Positions 52,001 through 61,120 of a stretch of DNA of 64,000 bases are shown piece after piece. The translations under genes were made by a program, and so were the position numbers. Source of the stretch: Chiloscyllium plagiosum (lineage: Eukaryota); the NCBI RefSeq assembly GCF_004010195.1, contig NC_057727.1:38343944-38407943 (forward strand). Reading direction: 5' to 3'. The number at the start of each line of letters is the position of its first letter. The first letter of the stretch is position 1. A model generated the notes under the pieces. It was not told the DNA's origin. It did not search any database and was given only the letters and a program-made list of their open reading frames with translations.

Positions 52001-55000
52001 GATAGTTAATGTTTAAGATATCTTGTAGAAACTATGATAAGATGTTTATGAATATAAATTCATTTTTATATAAAAACAAATCAAAGTAAATCATATTAAA
52101 TTATACTCAGTTTACCTCCTTGTTGAATTTTCATAATCAAGAATGTTGGCTACAGATATTGAACCAACCAAATCTATCTGAAAGTCTGTGATGCCTGAGA
52201 GTGAATACTGTTGAAAAAAAAGTTAACATTTCTGAAAGAAAGAAATTCTGAAACATACACATTAACTGTCTTAAGTAAAACTAGTTCACAGATGCAGAAA
52301 AAATATGAGGGGTGGAAGGTTGGAAAATAGGCAAGTAGAAGGTTACTTTGGAGGAGGCTCCGTGCAAATATTAAGTGAAAGGTATTTCCGTGGCATATAT
52401 AGCTGTAGGCTGCACTCTCAGTGTTAGTCTTGTTCTTCAATGGCATTATCTAGGAGAAATCCAGATGCTGTCCTTTCTGCATGGGAGCTAGTTGCCTTCA
52501 TGTTTCAGAGGGTATCAAAATGGATTTGTCTTTAGTTTGGGGTATGGAACGGGAAGGAATTGTCAACATTTTTACTTCAACATGAGAGGAACATCTGATT
52601 TCAATTCAGCACCTTTCAATTTTCAGGCCTTTCTCCTGTTTGCATGTCTTCTGTTATTTTTTCCCAATATTTGCTAAATTATTCTCACTTCTGGAGATTC
52701 ACATGATCTTTCCATTGCCTGAAATTACATCCAAGCTAACAGGCACTTGATTTGTTTCCTGAGACATTTGCTCAGATCTTTTCATTTTTGGCAATCACTA
52801 TTTTCCAAACTTTTATTAATATATACTTTTATTATTCATGTGTTTTATAGGATTATTTCTCTGTGGGTCATATTTAGCCATGGTTTCAGTTGTCAACCTG
52901 TGCCCTTTTTTTCGTATGGGTTAACTTTCTTCCCAATTTTGATTACAGGGCTATATATGTTGCTAATTTTGTCTGAGATCTTTGTGCTTCTTGAATAGTA
53001 TTATTTTCTGTTGCAATTATCCAGAGCTGATTTGGTATTTATTACGATTGACAGGATGTCATGGAGTGCTAGATAACATCACATTATGCTACAGCACCAT
53101 CTACAGATGCAGTAACTTCCAAAACTAGTTGCCATTTTAATACATTAAGTCATTAAATACAGGAAACCCTGCTTGAAGCTATTACAATTAGATTTAAATC
53201 TTTTTTTTAAAATGACTTGCATAAACATCACAATCTGACAACAGATGAAATGCCCAGTGTTTATTTGTAAAATAATCTTAATATCAGCATTGTGGTCATG
53301 ATTAAAAAAATCAGTTGTTAGTGTTGCAATATTTTGCATTATTATTCAAGTCATAGCTTTTTAAAATAAAATGCAGTTCAGCTATAATTTCAGAATTAAA
53401 AAGATGAAGTTGTTCTGCAGTCTTTTAGATTTATTTTGTCCCTAAATCAGGAAGGAGGGAAGTAATTGTGAAATGATGGGACTGTTCGTAGCAGTCTATT
53501 TGCCCACCAATTTGATGTTGACACTTCCTTAAGTTGGGAAACTGCTCCCTTCCTCAGGGCTTGCAACCATACCCTAATAGGAAAAACATTTTTTTAAGCA
53601 AACAATATTCTGACTTACTGTTAATGCATCATTTTCGTCTGGATCCTTTGCTGCAACTTTATATATTGGTGTATTGACAGCAGTGTTTTCTGCGATGTAA
53701 ACCTCAACATCTGCAACATAGAATGAATTTCAAAGCTTGGAAACATAGTCTTCTCTGTTTAGGAGCACAGGGAAGATATCTCCTGTGTCACAACATCATT
53801 ATTAGGTTTTGTTCCAAATATCTTTGTTATATATATATATGGAGCACAAGGAAGCAATCTTCCTTAAGTATCAGTTATGGTTTTCTGGTTTGTCAACAGT
53901 AGCTGGAAAGTTCCCTGTGAAATATTAACAGATGAATGCTTAACCTATACTTGCATAAGATTCTTTTGTCTACTATCAACAATCCGTTTACATTAAACAG
54001 GTCAATCTTTCTATTATGTGTGGACAAATTAATTTGATATAAAAATGTGATGCAAGAAAATGGTTGAGTTGATTAATATCCACACATTTTAGACAGGGTT
54101 TTGTTTAATGCACTGCTTAATGTAGAGTTGTTTTATTACTTTGATCTAAAAAAATTCTGACTTCAGTAAGCTATGGGATGTAATATTTATGTAGCTAGGA
54201 TAAAAATTGTCTATCTTTTTCACCATTCCTCGTTTCCACAAACAGGACTTCTTGTTCTGCATATTATTCTCAGGTTGAATTGATGGACTGATGAACTGCT
54301 CCCAGCCATTGTCAATGCCACTTTGTAAAAACGTTGCTAGGAAACACTGAAAAGCCACTGGCTGTAAATCACTGTCCTGTGTAGGTGTTACGTGACTTAT
54401 ACTTGATAATTTGACTAATAATCTGACTGTGGCATTTTTATGATTTTTTGATATATACTTTACAGGGTTAATGTTTGCAAATTTATGGTCATGATGGAAG
54501 TCTTTAGTAAGCAGCTTACGGGATTGTTATAACCTCTTTCTGGACTGCATTTCCATTTAGCAAGCATTACACTTAGAGACCAACATACTACTATATTGTC
54601 CTCTAAATGGGCATTCAGGCATTCCTGTACTTCCATACATCAATATTCTGTGAAATCTTTTACAGAGCTCATTTAATTTTTGTTTTCATTTGCTGATAGT
54701 AATGAAAAATGGAGCAAATCTTTATTTATAAATACATTTTGGCATCACAACGCTTCTTGAGCCAGTTTTATTGGTTGCACATTTTATTGGCATATTGATA
54801 AATCTCTGAGCTGTTGCCACCTTTTCACTTCTGTTCATGTATTTTTGATAGGTACAGGTTTAAAGGCATATTGAGCAAAGCTCTGGGATACAGGCTGAAG
54901 GGAATAAATGGCTTACACTTATTGCTATGGTCTTATACTCAACTTATATAAAAATTCTTCTCCAACATTCACTTCTTAGTCAAAGTAGTCCATTCTGGAT

Positions 55001-58000
55001 GGCAATTTCTTCTGGTCAAATTTGTTGCAAAATCACAAATGAACAATTATGATTTTATTACAGCTAGCAAATACTTTTAGTAGAGTCTCAGATTGACCGC
55101 TCAATCATTTTTTAAGATATAAATCAACTTTCAAGAAATTGAGAGGTATTCCCACTGACATTAGGACCCATTAAATTCTCTAGCCAGCTACTATTATTAT
55201 CACAAACCATAGAGTTGAAAATTTGAAATGGTTAGTAAATTAAACAGACATAAAATGAAACACTGACTGAAACAAACTAAAATGAAACACTTCGCACAGA
55301 AGGGCAGGTCTCTAGCTCACACTGGACCAGGCTGCAGTGCAGATTTGCTCACTCACTCTCCTAGCACGCATTCACTTAGCACTTACCTAGATGCTCACAG
55401 CCTTGCATTGACTTTTGCACTTTATCCTCTCAGCCACAGTTTAAAAGATCACAGTTCTGTGTTGCTATTCAGTGCAGACACAAAGCCAGGCAGTTTGTCA
55501 TTGCTAGTCTTTCACCATCCACCAAGGAAGGGGACATCTGCTGTCCAGCAGATTGCTCCCTCAATCTCACAGCTGCAACGTGTACCAGCAGTTTATGCAG
55601 CAAACACACTGTATGTGTAATAAACAAATGACATGTTTTAAAGTCTAAGGGGAGTGGTCCTCCTTGAGGTCCAGGGAAACACTTGTTGGTCAGGTGGTCC
55701 TGGCATAGTATGACATCAGTCCTGAGGCTTGGACAAGGTCATTTGGTCACTTTGGGCAATCAGGTTCAATATCCTTCCTTTTTAAAGTAGTGGTGAGTAT
55801 TTCCAGCTACATTGAGTGGAAAAAAATGGATTTGCATCAGACAAGAAGGCTGCCATAAGGGGGTGATGGGTAGTTAGTGGCATGTGTTTGAGATGATTAT
55901 GTGTGAAAATTCACTAGGACTCTCAGACAGAAATTTTCCTTGAAGCTCAATGAAAATTATGCTTACCCTGCAGATGAACACTTTAACAGCATACAAAAAA
56001 AAATGTACTCCTACAAAATATCATTTTGGGTGATATGAATTAAGCTCCTACAACAAATATCTGCCCTGAATTTGCAGCATTCTGTAGTAATCTTCCATCT
56101 GCAATACACGTCTTTAAAATGGAAAGAAATTTCCAGAAATTATGATGTCAGTGATGTGAACAATTATTAACAATAATGTGGATACAAGGTAACATCATTT
56201 CTTGAGACTTTTTCACTACATCACCTTGCCAAAAAGGTTGGAAATCTAACTGTTCTATCTCCTTCCCATTAAAATCAGTGGTGAGATTGAGTTTACTGAA
56301 ATAACATCAGTGATCACCACAACCACTCAGACCTTTACAGGATGATGCTGAAGGGCTCAGAACCAGTACTCAATCACTCAGTGGGTTGCCTGAGGGCTAA
56401 ATTTGTTCTTGGAACTTAATTGGAATCTTAAACCTCAATTAAGCAATGAAATAAATGTTTTGACAGGCAGACATGATCTGGTTTTCTGCCAACCACTATT
56501 TTTCTAATGTAATTTATTGAACTGTTGTCCTGATGGGGTTTGTGAATTGTAAGTGGCAAAGAAATATGGCTGAAAATTACAGACAGTGCATGAAATAATC
56601 CTCTGCACATGAATTTATTCTTCATATGATGTATATATTTATATTGTTTTAATAAAAACTCAGTGAAATTAATCTAGCCTCACTGTTCAATCCATACAGA
56701 CTGCAACTCATCCATATGTTATCTGGTCAAAGTCATTGCTCCCAAATACATCTCTGTTTAGAAACCTGTTGTTTATTCTGTGTCAGGTCATGGTATCTCT
56801 GATATTCTATTGGATATGAGGAACATCACACCCAATTTGCTACTGTGTTTTTTTGTATTGTATTTTAACCACTTGTGATATAAATTTTCCATTGTAATAT
56901 TGGGCAGCACAACCATTTAATTTAAAGCATTCTTCACTGACATTATTACTGCAATGAATTCCAAGCCATTGTAATGTATACCTTTTTCAACAGGCTGTCG
57001 TTGCTAGCTGAGACAGATTTACCATAGATACTTCGAAATACATATATACCTTTTTCACCCAAAGGTCCCAGAAAGACAGGCGGTTCATTTACATCAAGAA
57101 TATTTATTATGATGGTCTGAGAGGCAGAGCTATCCTTTTCATCTTTAACAAGCAATTGAAGGGTGTATCGTGAAGTGGTTTCAAAATCCAGCTTTGGACT
57201 GTTGGTTGTCACTAACTATTGAAAAGGAAAAGCATAGCAACAAAAAATAAATCAGTGCATAATGCAGAAGGATCGAGTAATTATCTACTTCACCACTAAA
57301 GATTACAGACAGTCACTCCTTCTGATTAGTTAACACAATTTAGAAAATCTCTGATGTTGTCAGTTTGTCCTCTGTCTTCCTATTAAAGCTTCATGGCTTC
57401 ATTCTCTAACTCTCAATTCTAATTCTTCGATTTTTGATCATTTAGTTAGAATATTTCCATTTTGATTCAGATAGGAATTGAGGTGCAATGGCAAAATAAT
57501 GGCTACCAAGTGGCATGGCCAGAAATCCTAATGTTGGGAGAATGAACATGCTTTAATCAGTCCCCCTCCTATTAACAAAGTCACTATTTTCTGTGGGAAT
57601 TTCATTAACAGGCCATCTCTTGAACATTTTCTAATTTGTGCAATATATGTAGCTGTCAGGCTTTTTATCCGTTGCATGGAAGCATGAAAGAATTTTAGAA
57701 GAGATGTAACTTACAAAGTACTTTTGTTTGCTTTAATGTTTTCAATTTAGCCATCTGTGAAATTTGTAGTTTTAAGGTCAAATTGTTTATATGGAGGATT
57801 TATGGGCTCTCGAATACAATTAAGCCAATTTTTTTATAGTAGGACTTGTGAGTTCATATTTTCACAAAGTCAATAATGGATGGAAGATAGAGAATGGAGA
57901 GTGGACGATAAACGAAAGGGTTGGGTGGGGAATAGTTTGGGTGGGAGGCCTGGGTGGGTGAGAGGGATGGGGTGAAAACATTTTTTTAACACATTCATTC

Positions 58001-60149
58001 TTTCAAATTAATTTAAATGCATTTTGAGGCCTTCTCAATACAGCTTAATGTTTGAAGTTTATCCATGAGGAAATCAAGGATCATGTACTTAGGAATGGAG
58101 GAAGACCTTTCAACTTGCCCACTCTAGAATTATCCCATCTCCAATTCCACCTCAGGTTTACTCAATTGGGTCCAGGACTCACATTCTGGTGAATTATGAC
58201 CATTGACATCACAAAATCACAGTCCCCCAGAAGTCTGAAGATGCAATCCCAATTCCCCACTTCCAGGGGAAAATTGGGCCATCAGTCTTAGTTTTCCTAC
58301 TCTCTAACTTTCAGTGCTACTCTGTATACTCTCGAATGATTAATCCCAATTTCTGTATTATCCAGCTATCATAGAGGTATTTTAACTTTTCAAACCCACT
58401 GAAAGTTGGGCAGACCTATTAGAATGTAAGAATCTCCTGACAGGTTTCCCAACTCTGAAATCAGCCTAATTGATAGTTTTGGCTTCCAGCCAGGCAGGGA
58501 ATAGTGGAGAAGAGGTATCACTATCAGGCAGATTCAGACACAAATCTGGAGTAGGAATTCTGACCATGAATACCATTTCCTGATCTCAAGGAAGGATCCA
58601 ATTCTTGATTCCATAGAGTCTGGTCAGAGGCTATGTGCTGTTGTGTTGCACCACGTGATTCAATCACCTTGATACTGTTCCCTAAGGACTGAACATCACT
58701 CTGTGAAGTTTATTGGCAGATGGGGAAGTCAGTAAATAGAACTAACTTTGGTTTTGATTTTATTCATAATTTTTCTATATTGATGTGCATTGTATAAAAT
58801 CTCAAAATTGCATGAAAATCTTAGATTTAGTTTACTTTTATTTGTGATCCACCAGTCACCTTTCTTGAATGAGAGAGCAGCTCTATGGCGGTAGGACTAA
58901 TGTGACTTTATCTTTACCTAATCGTTGGGTCAGTATAATTATTTAATGTTTCTTGTTGTGATCGATCTGCAGAAACACGATATACACATATTGTTTCAAC
59001 CTTCCTTTCCTTTAAATCTTGCATTTCTCTTTAATATTTAAGTTATATCATTTTGAGCTATAGGGAGAGGCTGAATAAGCTGTGACTATTTTCCCTAGGG
59101 CATCAGAAGCTGAGGGGTGACCTTACAGAGGTTTATAAAATCATGAGGGGCATGGGTAGGATAAATAGACAAAGTCTTTTCCCTGGGGTGGGCGAGTCCA
59201 AAACTAGAGGGCATAGGTTTAAAATGAGAGGGGAAAGATTTAAAGGGGCAACTTTTTCAGGTAGAGGGTGTTGTGTGTATGGAATGAGCTGCCAGAGGAA
59301 GTGGTGGAGGTTGGTACAATTACAGCATTTAAAAAGCATCTGGATGGGTACATGAATAGGAAGGGTTAAGAGGGATATGGGCCAAATGCTGGCAAGTGGG
59401 GCAAGATTAATTTAGCAAATCCGGTCAGCATGGATGAGTTGCAATGAGGATCTGTTTCCATGCTGTACATCTCCATGACTCTACTTGTGTCACTATGAAA
59501 CAGAAGTATCTTACCTGGCTCTTGGTGATACTGATATGCAACTTAGATCAATGTAATAATATTTCCAAACTGTGAGGAAATGCCATGTGATCACACCTCC
59601 AAGAATACATCAGACAAGAGTTCACAATTCCAAATAACCAGGAGTCAGAATGACACTGAAGAAACTGGGAACCAGACTGAGACTGAACAAACTGTGGAAA
59701 TTCATAACTTCAACAAACCTGCAGCATTTCTCCAAAGTATTTCTATGAAAGTAAAAAACCGTACTAAATATCATTTTATCTCTCAGATTATATTTTAATG
59801 TTCAAATTTGTAAGCAATTATTGCTCAGACAAATAACTAAAAAGATACATAAATTTATATTCTTAAAGTCTTGCTTTTTAGATTCTGCAATTTTATAAAG
59901 TAATCTATACACAGAAACTCTAGAAAGTAAGTGCTTTAAAACTTACATCCCACATATTTGTTGTATTTGGAATTATATCAAATGGATATTGAGCAGGATC
60001 AGCATTAATGATTACTGGACCACCAATTAATTTATCTCCTGCAGGCAAAGCAACTGTAATTGTAGTGAGTAGATGATGGATTTTTGCATCTTCTTGAAGG
60101 TTAAGATTCAATGGGTTCACACCAGAAATAGTTGGTGCACAATGAGTAC
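832..60149 (-). CDS. CDHR3: Cadherin-related family member 3-like gene, multi-exon; 14 coding exons in window (about 748 aa), 5' and 3' ends not found
   Basis: Exon lengths 203,166,92,92,108,185,178,163,97,99,233,172,236,221 splice GT-AG in one open frame. Cadherin motifs present: LDFE/LDYE, DxNDNxP, AxDxD. Segments EENDEKP, GNVNNHF and Y-x-P-x-AWY(I/V)PF before the TM helix match human CDHR3 as I recall it. Orthology versus a CDHR3/CDHR4-type paralog is not proven. Confidence 0.85.
1990..2225 (-). CDS. CDHR3: CDHR3-like exon, EC6 C-half plus Thr-rich stalk (GNVNNHFGF...TRTTTPTTTSFY)
   Basis: Within ORF 1756..2298; cag acceptor, gtgagt donor; 236 nt, phase 1 to 0. Confidence 0.92.
2956..3976. 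mobile_element. Penelope-derived inverted-arm element, family 2, spanning an N-gap
   Basis: Arm ~2995-3209 is inverted against 3300-3332 plus 3832-3972; aattgggg TSD at 2946-2953 and 3977-3984; hammerhead cores in both arms. Confidence 0.75.
3045..3079 (-). ncRNA. Minimal type I hammerhead motif; stem III palindrome mutated (AGGU)
   Basis: Minus strand reads CAC-CUGAUGA-A-GGAGC AGU GCUCC-GAAA-GGUA-GUG. Confidence 0.65.
4740..4945 (+). mobile_element. Old L2-type LINE/SINE 3' tail
   Basis: ccttgaaacccatctttttagccaagc...ctgtggaataccttagggcattt...taaaggc; similar to 47195-47705. Confidence 0.45.
5241..5412 (-). CDS. CDHR3: CDHR3-like exon, EC6 N-half (VIINILEENDEKPVC...LNCRDKDS...EIVS)
   Basis: EENDEKP motif as in CDHR3; tag acceptor, G|gtatgt donor; 172 nt, phase 0 to 1. 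Confidence 0.92.
8251..8483 (-). CDS. CDHR3: CDHR3-like exon, EC5 (SKQKIGRVIATDDDYP...FWIDPKEGTIELITQSDYES...AVTR)
   Basis: ATDDD, FWIDP and DYE motifs; tag acceptor, CGG|gtgaga donor; 233 nt, phase 1 to 0. Confidence 0.92.
10511..12290 (-). mobile_element. Decayed 5'-truncated CR1 LINE (RT and 3' end)
   Basis: ORF fragments SQLGFIKGTSCLTNLLKYFE...DVVYVD and WQIQYGMAKCEVV; CR1 tail at ~10511-10600. Confidence 0.85.
12336..12590. mobile_element. Penelope-derived hairpin element, family 1, with hammerhead cores on both strands
   Basis: Arms ~12343-12428 and ~12464-12549 are near-perfect reverse complements; 16-bp TSD ctataaggat(g/a)taagg at 12320-12335 and 12591-12606; CTGATGA..GAAACGTC at 12466-12493. 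Confidence 0.8.
13700..14290 (+). mobile_element. 3' end of a CR1/L2-clade LINE of a different family from the main CR1
   Basis: Decayed MEYSPLVWMGAAPTTLKKFDTIQ; tail aataaatgctgacccaaccagtgat; second copy at 40310-40860. Confidence 0.65.
14382..14480 (-). CDS. CDHR3: CDHR3-like exon, EC4/EC5 linker (ATATVFVEITPVNDFSPIFEKDPYIFDVLESTA)
   Basis: PVNDFSP motif; cag acceptor, gtgagt donor; 99 nt, phase 1 to 1. Confidence 0.9.
15705..15912. mobile_element. Penelope-derived hairpin element, family 1
   Basis: 14-bp TSD gctccttcaagata at 15691-15704 and 15913-15926; inverted arms; CTGAAGA-A-GGGC TTAT GCCC-GAAACGTC at 15824-15851. Confidence 0.8.
15823..15852 (+). ncRNA. Hammerhead catalytic core intact; stem I reduced to 1 bp
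   Basis: CUGAAGA, stem II GGGC/GCCC, GAAA, palindromic ACGU, GUC cleavage triplet. Confidence 0.6.
17149..17245 (-). CDS. CDHR3: CDHR3-like exon, EC4 (VGLKDLDYEDADVAAVGHTYQMTIAASDSTHT)
   Basis: DLDYE motif; tag acceptor, G|gtgagt donor; 97 nt, phase 0 to 1. Confidence 0.88.
17446..17913 (+). mobile_element. Probable solo LTR interrupted by a poly(A) retro-insertion
   Basis: Starts TG; CCAAT-like (gattgg) and TATAAA motifs, AATAAA at ~17865; split at a 15-bp duplication. Confidence 0.5.
17563..17780 (+). mobile_element. 5'-truncated non-LTR 3' end with A-rich tail
   Basis: AATAAA then A-rich tail; TSD ataaataggagtgtc at 17548-17562 and 17781-17795. Confidence 0.7.
19112..19274 (-). CDS. CDHR3: CDHR3-like exon, EC4 N-half (RTTLPELLLRDTVVAVLICKDSDTPRDALTYVPQSGPLGPG...VIQ)
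   Basis: PE and CxDxD motifs; tag acceptor, CAG|gttgga donor; 163 nt, phase 2 to 0; translated by hand. Confidence 0.85.
19622..23805. mobile_element. Family-2 hairpin element whose two arms (19622-19732, ~23735-23805) enclose a CR1
   Basis: 12-bp TSD ctttgtgttcca at 19610-19621 and 23806-23817; arms match the element at 49237-49442. Confidence 0.75.
19735..23724 (+). mobile_element. Near full-length, disabled CR1 LINE (ORF1 zinc finger/zipper plus SGNH esterase; ORF2 APE-RT)
   Basis: CTSCQMWE..YICHKC; IVLGDSLV, FPGA, HIGTND; DFNFPNIDW; SDH; KSPGPD; NYRPVSL; QHGFVRGKSCLTNL; (TATGACTC) tail; two N-gaps. Confidence 0.92.
24906..26290 (-). mobile_element. L1 element A, 3' part (ORF2 C-terminus, 3' UTR, poly(A))
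   Basis: Poly(T) at 24906; reverse complement aligns to element B 31965-33375. Confidence 0.85.
26295..33375 (+). mobile_element. L1 element B, full length but disabled (ORF1 ~26353-27220; ORF2 from ~27840, split by CR1)
   Basis: ORF1 MPKGKG...PRPVLVHF...FFQDFSA; ORF2 WNIKG, ISDH, YRPISLLN, DAEKAFD, GSRQGCLLSP, YADD, CPKC..H..C; AATAAA and A tail. Confidence 0.92.
27857..29257 (+). mobile_element. 5'-truncated CR1 inserted into L1-B ORF2
   Basis: KSPGPD, NYRPISL, FADD; tail tatgtcttatggtcttat; L1 sequence resumes at tattaaatggtgcacctgg. Confidence 0.9.
33376..37276 (-). mobile_element. L1 element A, 5' part (ORF1 ATG ~37197, ORF2 ATG ~35804)
   Basis: LENRGRRTNLRIVRLPEGEE..IERAYR; MAKCLVKWCTWNIKG; SRQDCPLSP; QYVDD. 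Confidence 0.9.
37962..38139 (-). CDS. CDHR3: CDHR3-like exon, EC3 C-half (NTGSVMILSQMDRD...PINDNAPFCYPSVY)
   Basis: DRD and INDNAP motifs; cag acceptor, AG|gtaagt donor; 178 nt, phase 1 to 2. Confidence 0.9.
38378..38795. mobile_element. Two HE1-like V-SINE fragments in opposite orientation (minus ~38378-38558, plus ~38560-38795)
   Basis: V-domain gtgtggagtttgcatattctccc...tttcctccgggtgct..ggtttcctcccacagtccaaaga; CR1-like tails at both outer ends. Confidence 0.7.
40310..40860 (+). mobile_element. CR1/L2-clade LINE 3' end, same family as 13700-14290
   Basis: agtaactcacttcctgacctcccaaagc...tggatgggtgcag...caataaatg. Confidence 0.6.
41372..41556 (-). CDS. CDHR3: CDHR3-like exon, EC3 N-half (MINGKETDFG...DEELAVGTVIATCIATDADD...YFAVDK)
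   Basis: EE and ATDAD motifs; tag acceptor, gtaagt donor; 185 nt, phase 2 to 1. Confidence 0.9.
41755..41928. mobile_element. Tc1/mariner-type (Tigger-like) MITE
   Basis: TA|CAGAGGAACCTTGAT...ATCGAGGTTCCTCTC|TA; internal repeats of cattcgattatcc. Confidence 0.75.
42045..42255 (-). mobile_element. tRNA-derived SINE
   Basis: Minus strand has ctcagctgg (A-box-like) and gggttcaatcc (B-box); same tail seen on + at ~58850-58918. Confidence 0.55.
42394..42608. mobile_element. Tc1/mariner-type MITE
   Basis: TA|CAGGTAGTTCTTCTATAAC...GTTATAGCACCATGCCTG|TA, imperfect terminal inverted repeats. Confidence 0.65.
43750..44615 (+). mobile_element. Decayed CR1 3' fragment with internal deletion
   Basis: KFTDDT (FADD-like), WQIQFNV, ctgtggaattcact, tail tattcctatatcttatg. 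Confidence 0.75.
44170..44280 (+). mobile_element. Single-arm family-1 Penelope tail
   Basis: TSD tcctgatt at 44162-44169 and 44281-44288; decayed hammerhead 3' half. Confidence 0.65.
44723..44925. mobile_element. Penelope-derived hairpin element, family 1
   Basis: 11-bp TSD taagacaatct at 44712-44722 and 44926-44936; arms ~44758-44828 and ~44855-44926; minus-strand core CTGAAGA..CCC-AAAACGTC (G12 to A). Confidence 0.8.
45152..45640 (-). mobile_element. Penelope-like element 3' fragment: GIY-YIG endonuclease C-terminus plus pseudo-LTR with decayed hammerhead
   Basis: Hand translation gives QPHRPVAEQFN...CLEEECFIFRIGTLQPHGINVDF, typical of a PLE ORF end; followed by a pyrimidine-rich tract and CTGATGAAGGGCTTATGCCGAAA at ~45221-45243. 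Confidence 0.8.
46015..46650 (+). mobile_element. CR1 3' fragment, same family as 23050-23724
   Basis: KAFGMLSFIGQSIEYRSW..LYRTLVRPLLEYC; tatgactgtatgactc tail. Confidence 0.88.
46881..47120 (-). mobile_element. Decayed Penelope pseudo-LTR, family 3
   Basis: Minus strand gttCTGACTAAGGATCACTGAACCCTAAATATTaac looks like a degenerate hammerhead with GTT/AAC stem I. Confidence 0.45.
47255..47571 (+). mobile_element. HE1-like tRNA-derived V-SINE inserted in an L2-type tail
   Basis: gctcagtggtt A-box, V-domain, ttctatgatatg tail. Confidence 0.75.
48656..48763 (-). CDS. CDHR3: CDHR3-like exon, EC2 end (SYLLSVKVEDTNALFIVGTVKVFITNVNDNTPVLSC)
   Basis: NVNDNTP Ca-binding motif; aag acceptor, gtaagt donor; 108 nt, phase 2 to 2. 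Confidence 0.88.
48899..49226. repeat. Perfect ~330-bp palindrome centred on (CT)n(GA)n
   Basis: About 130 nt of unique sequence is duplicated in exact reverse complement; the ORF track gives near-identical peptides on both strands. Confidence 0.95.
49237..49442. mobile_element. Penelope-derived hairpin element, family 2
   Basis: 11-bp TSD tacaccagata at 49226-49236 and 49443-49453; arms ~49264-49345 and ~49366-49448. Confidence 0.82.
49354..49388 (+). ncRNA. Intact minimal type I hammerhead ribozyme motif
   Basis: CAC-CUGAUGA-A-GGAGC GGC GCUCC-GAA-AGCU-A^GUG: stem I CAC/GUG, 5-bp stem II, palindromic AGCU, CUA cleavage triplet. Confidence 0.75.
49880..50330 (-). mobile_element. CR1 3' fragment
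   Basis: tagagtcatagaatc tail; reverse complement resembles 23220-23720. Confidence 0.8.
52116..52207 (-). CDS. CDHR3: CDHR3-like exon, EC2 (YSLSGITDFQIDLVGSISVANILDYENSTR)
   Basis: LDYE motif; cag acceptor, AG|gtaaac donor; 92 nt, phase 0 to 2. Confidence 0.88.
53619..53710 (-). CDS. CDHR3: CDHR3-like exon, EC2 (DVEVYIAENTAVNTPIYKVAAKDPDENDALT)
   Basis: AEN and AxDxD motifs; cag acceptor, gtaagt donor; 92 nt, phase 1 to 0; translated by hand. Confidence 0.9.
57050..57215 (-). CDS. CDHR3: CDHR3-like exon, EC1 C-half (LVTTNSPKLDFET...DVNEPPVFLGPLGEK)
   Basis: LDFE and DVNEPP motifs; tag acceptor, G|gtatat donor; 166 nt, phase 0 to 1. Confidence 0.92.
59055..59483 (+). mobile_element. CR1 3' fragment
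   Basis: MRGMGRINRQSLFPGVGESKTRGHRF; catgactcta tail. Confidence 0.85.
59947..60149 (-). CDS. CDHR3: CDHR3-like exon, EC1 N-half (xTHCAPTISGVNPLNLNLQEDA...TTNMWD)
   Basis: ccag acceptor, GAT|gtaagt donor, phase 1 to 0, 203 nt; lies within ORF 59920..60177. Confidence 0.85.
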
Positions 60150-60574
60150 CTGGATGAAGGAAAAATTTCAAAGTCAAATTTCACAGAGAATATGATATTT
60201 TTTAGGGTTAGCAACTTAATTCTAAAAATATTTCTTTTTCACTGATTTCATGAATTGGGTTAGGATTACAGGTCATGTATTGGGTCATTAGGTTAGGATG
60301 ACATGGGAGAAAGGACATTGAATAACAGCTGTGTGGGTGAGGAAGTAGAGTGTCAGCTGGTCAAGGTGGGAGAATGGTGGATGGGTGAAGCAGGGGAGTG
60401 GCAGAAGGATCAAGGTCGTGTGACAAGTGGCGATGGGTTAGGGTGACAGTTGGGTGCATAAGGAAATAGGATGGCAGGTGAGTAGAAAGACAAGGTGGCA
60501 AGTGGATGGGTAGATTATAAGTTGGGTCAGGGAGTTAGTTGTGTTGTGGTGGGATGTGATCAGGTCAGGACATA

Positions 60575-61120
60575 TTAGGAACAGAGGAACAGGAATATTC
60601 CTTTCAGCGCCTCAAGCCTGCTCCAATATTCAGTGAGGTAATGGCTGATATGTGACCTAACCCCACATACCTGTCTTAAGCCAATATCCCTTTTCTTAAC
60701 AAAATCTGACCTATCTCAGATTTAAAATTAACAACCAAACTAGTCTCCATTGCCATTTGTGGAATAGACAAGAAGCGCTGGAATCCAAGGTAGACAAGCA
60801 GGAGACTGGACGAACACAGCAAGCCAGGCAGCATCAGGAGGTGCATTTTGTGGAAGAGAGTTCCAAATATCTACCACCTCTTGTTATAGGAGTGCTTCCT
60901 ACCATCTCTCTTTAACAGTCTGGCCCTAATTCTCAGACTATGTCCCTGAGTTCAAGAATCCCCAACCAGTGGAAATAGTTTATCTTCATCTACCCTGTCT
61001 TTTCTTGTTAATATCTTGACGACATTGATCAGATCATCCCTTAACCTTTTAAGTTTTAGAGAGAACAGGCCTAATTTGTGTAATCTCTCCACATAGCTTA
61101 ACACTGAAGTCCAAGTGTCA
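60575..61120 (-). mobile_element. CR1 3' fragment containing an ~80-bp insert (60765-60846)
   Basis: LSYVERLHKLGLFSLKLKRLRDDLI; insert flanked by tttgtggaa duplication and resembling Penelope tails (cacagcaagccaggcagcatc). Confidence 0.75.
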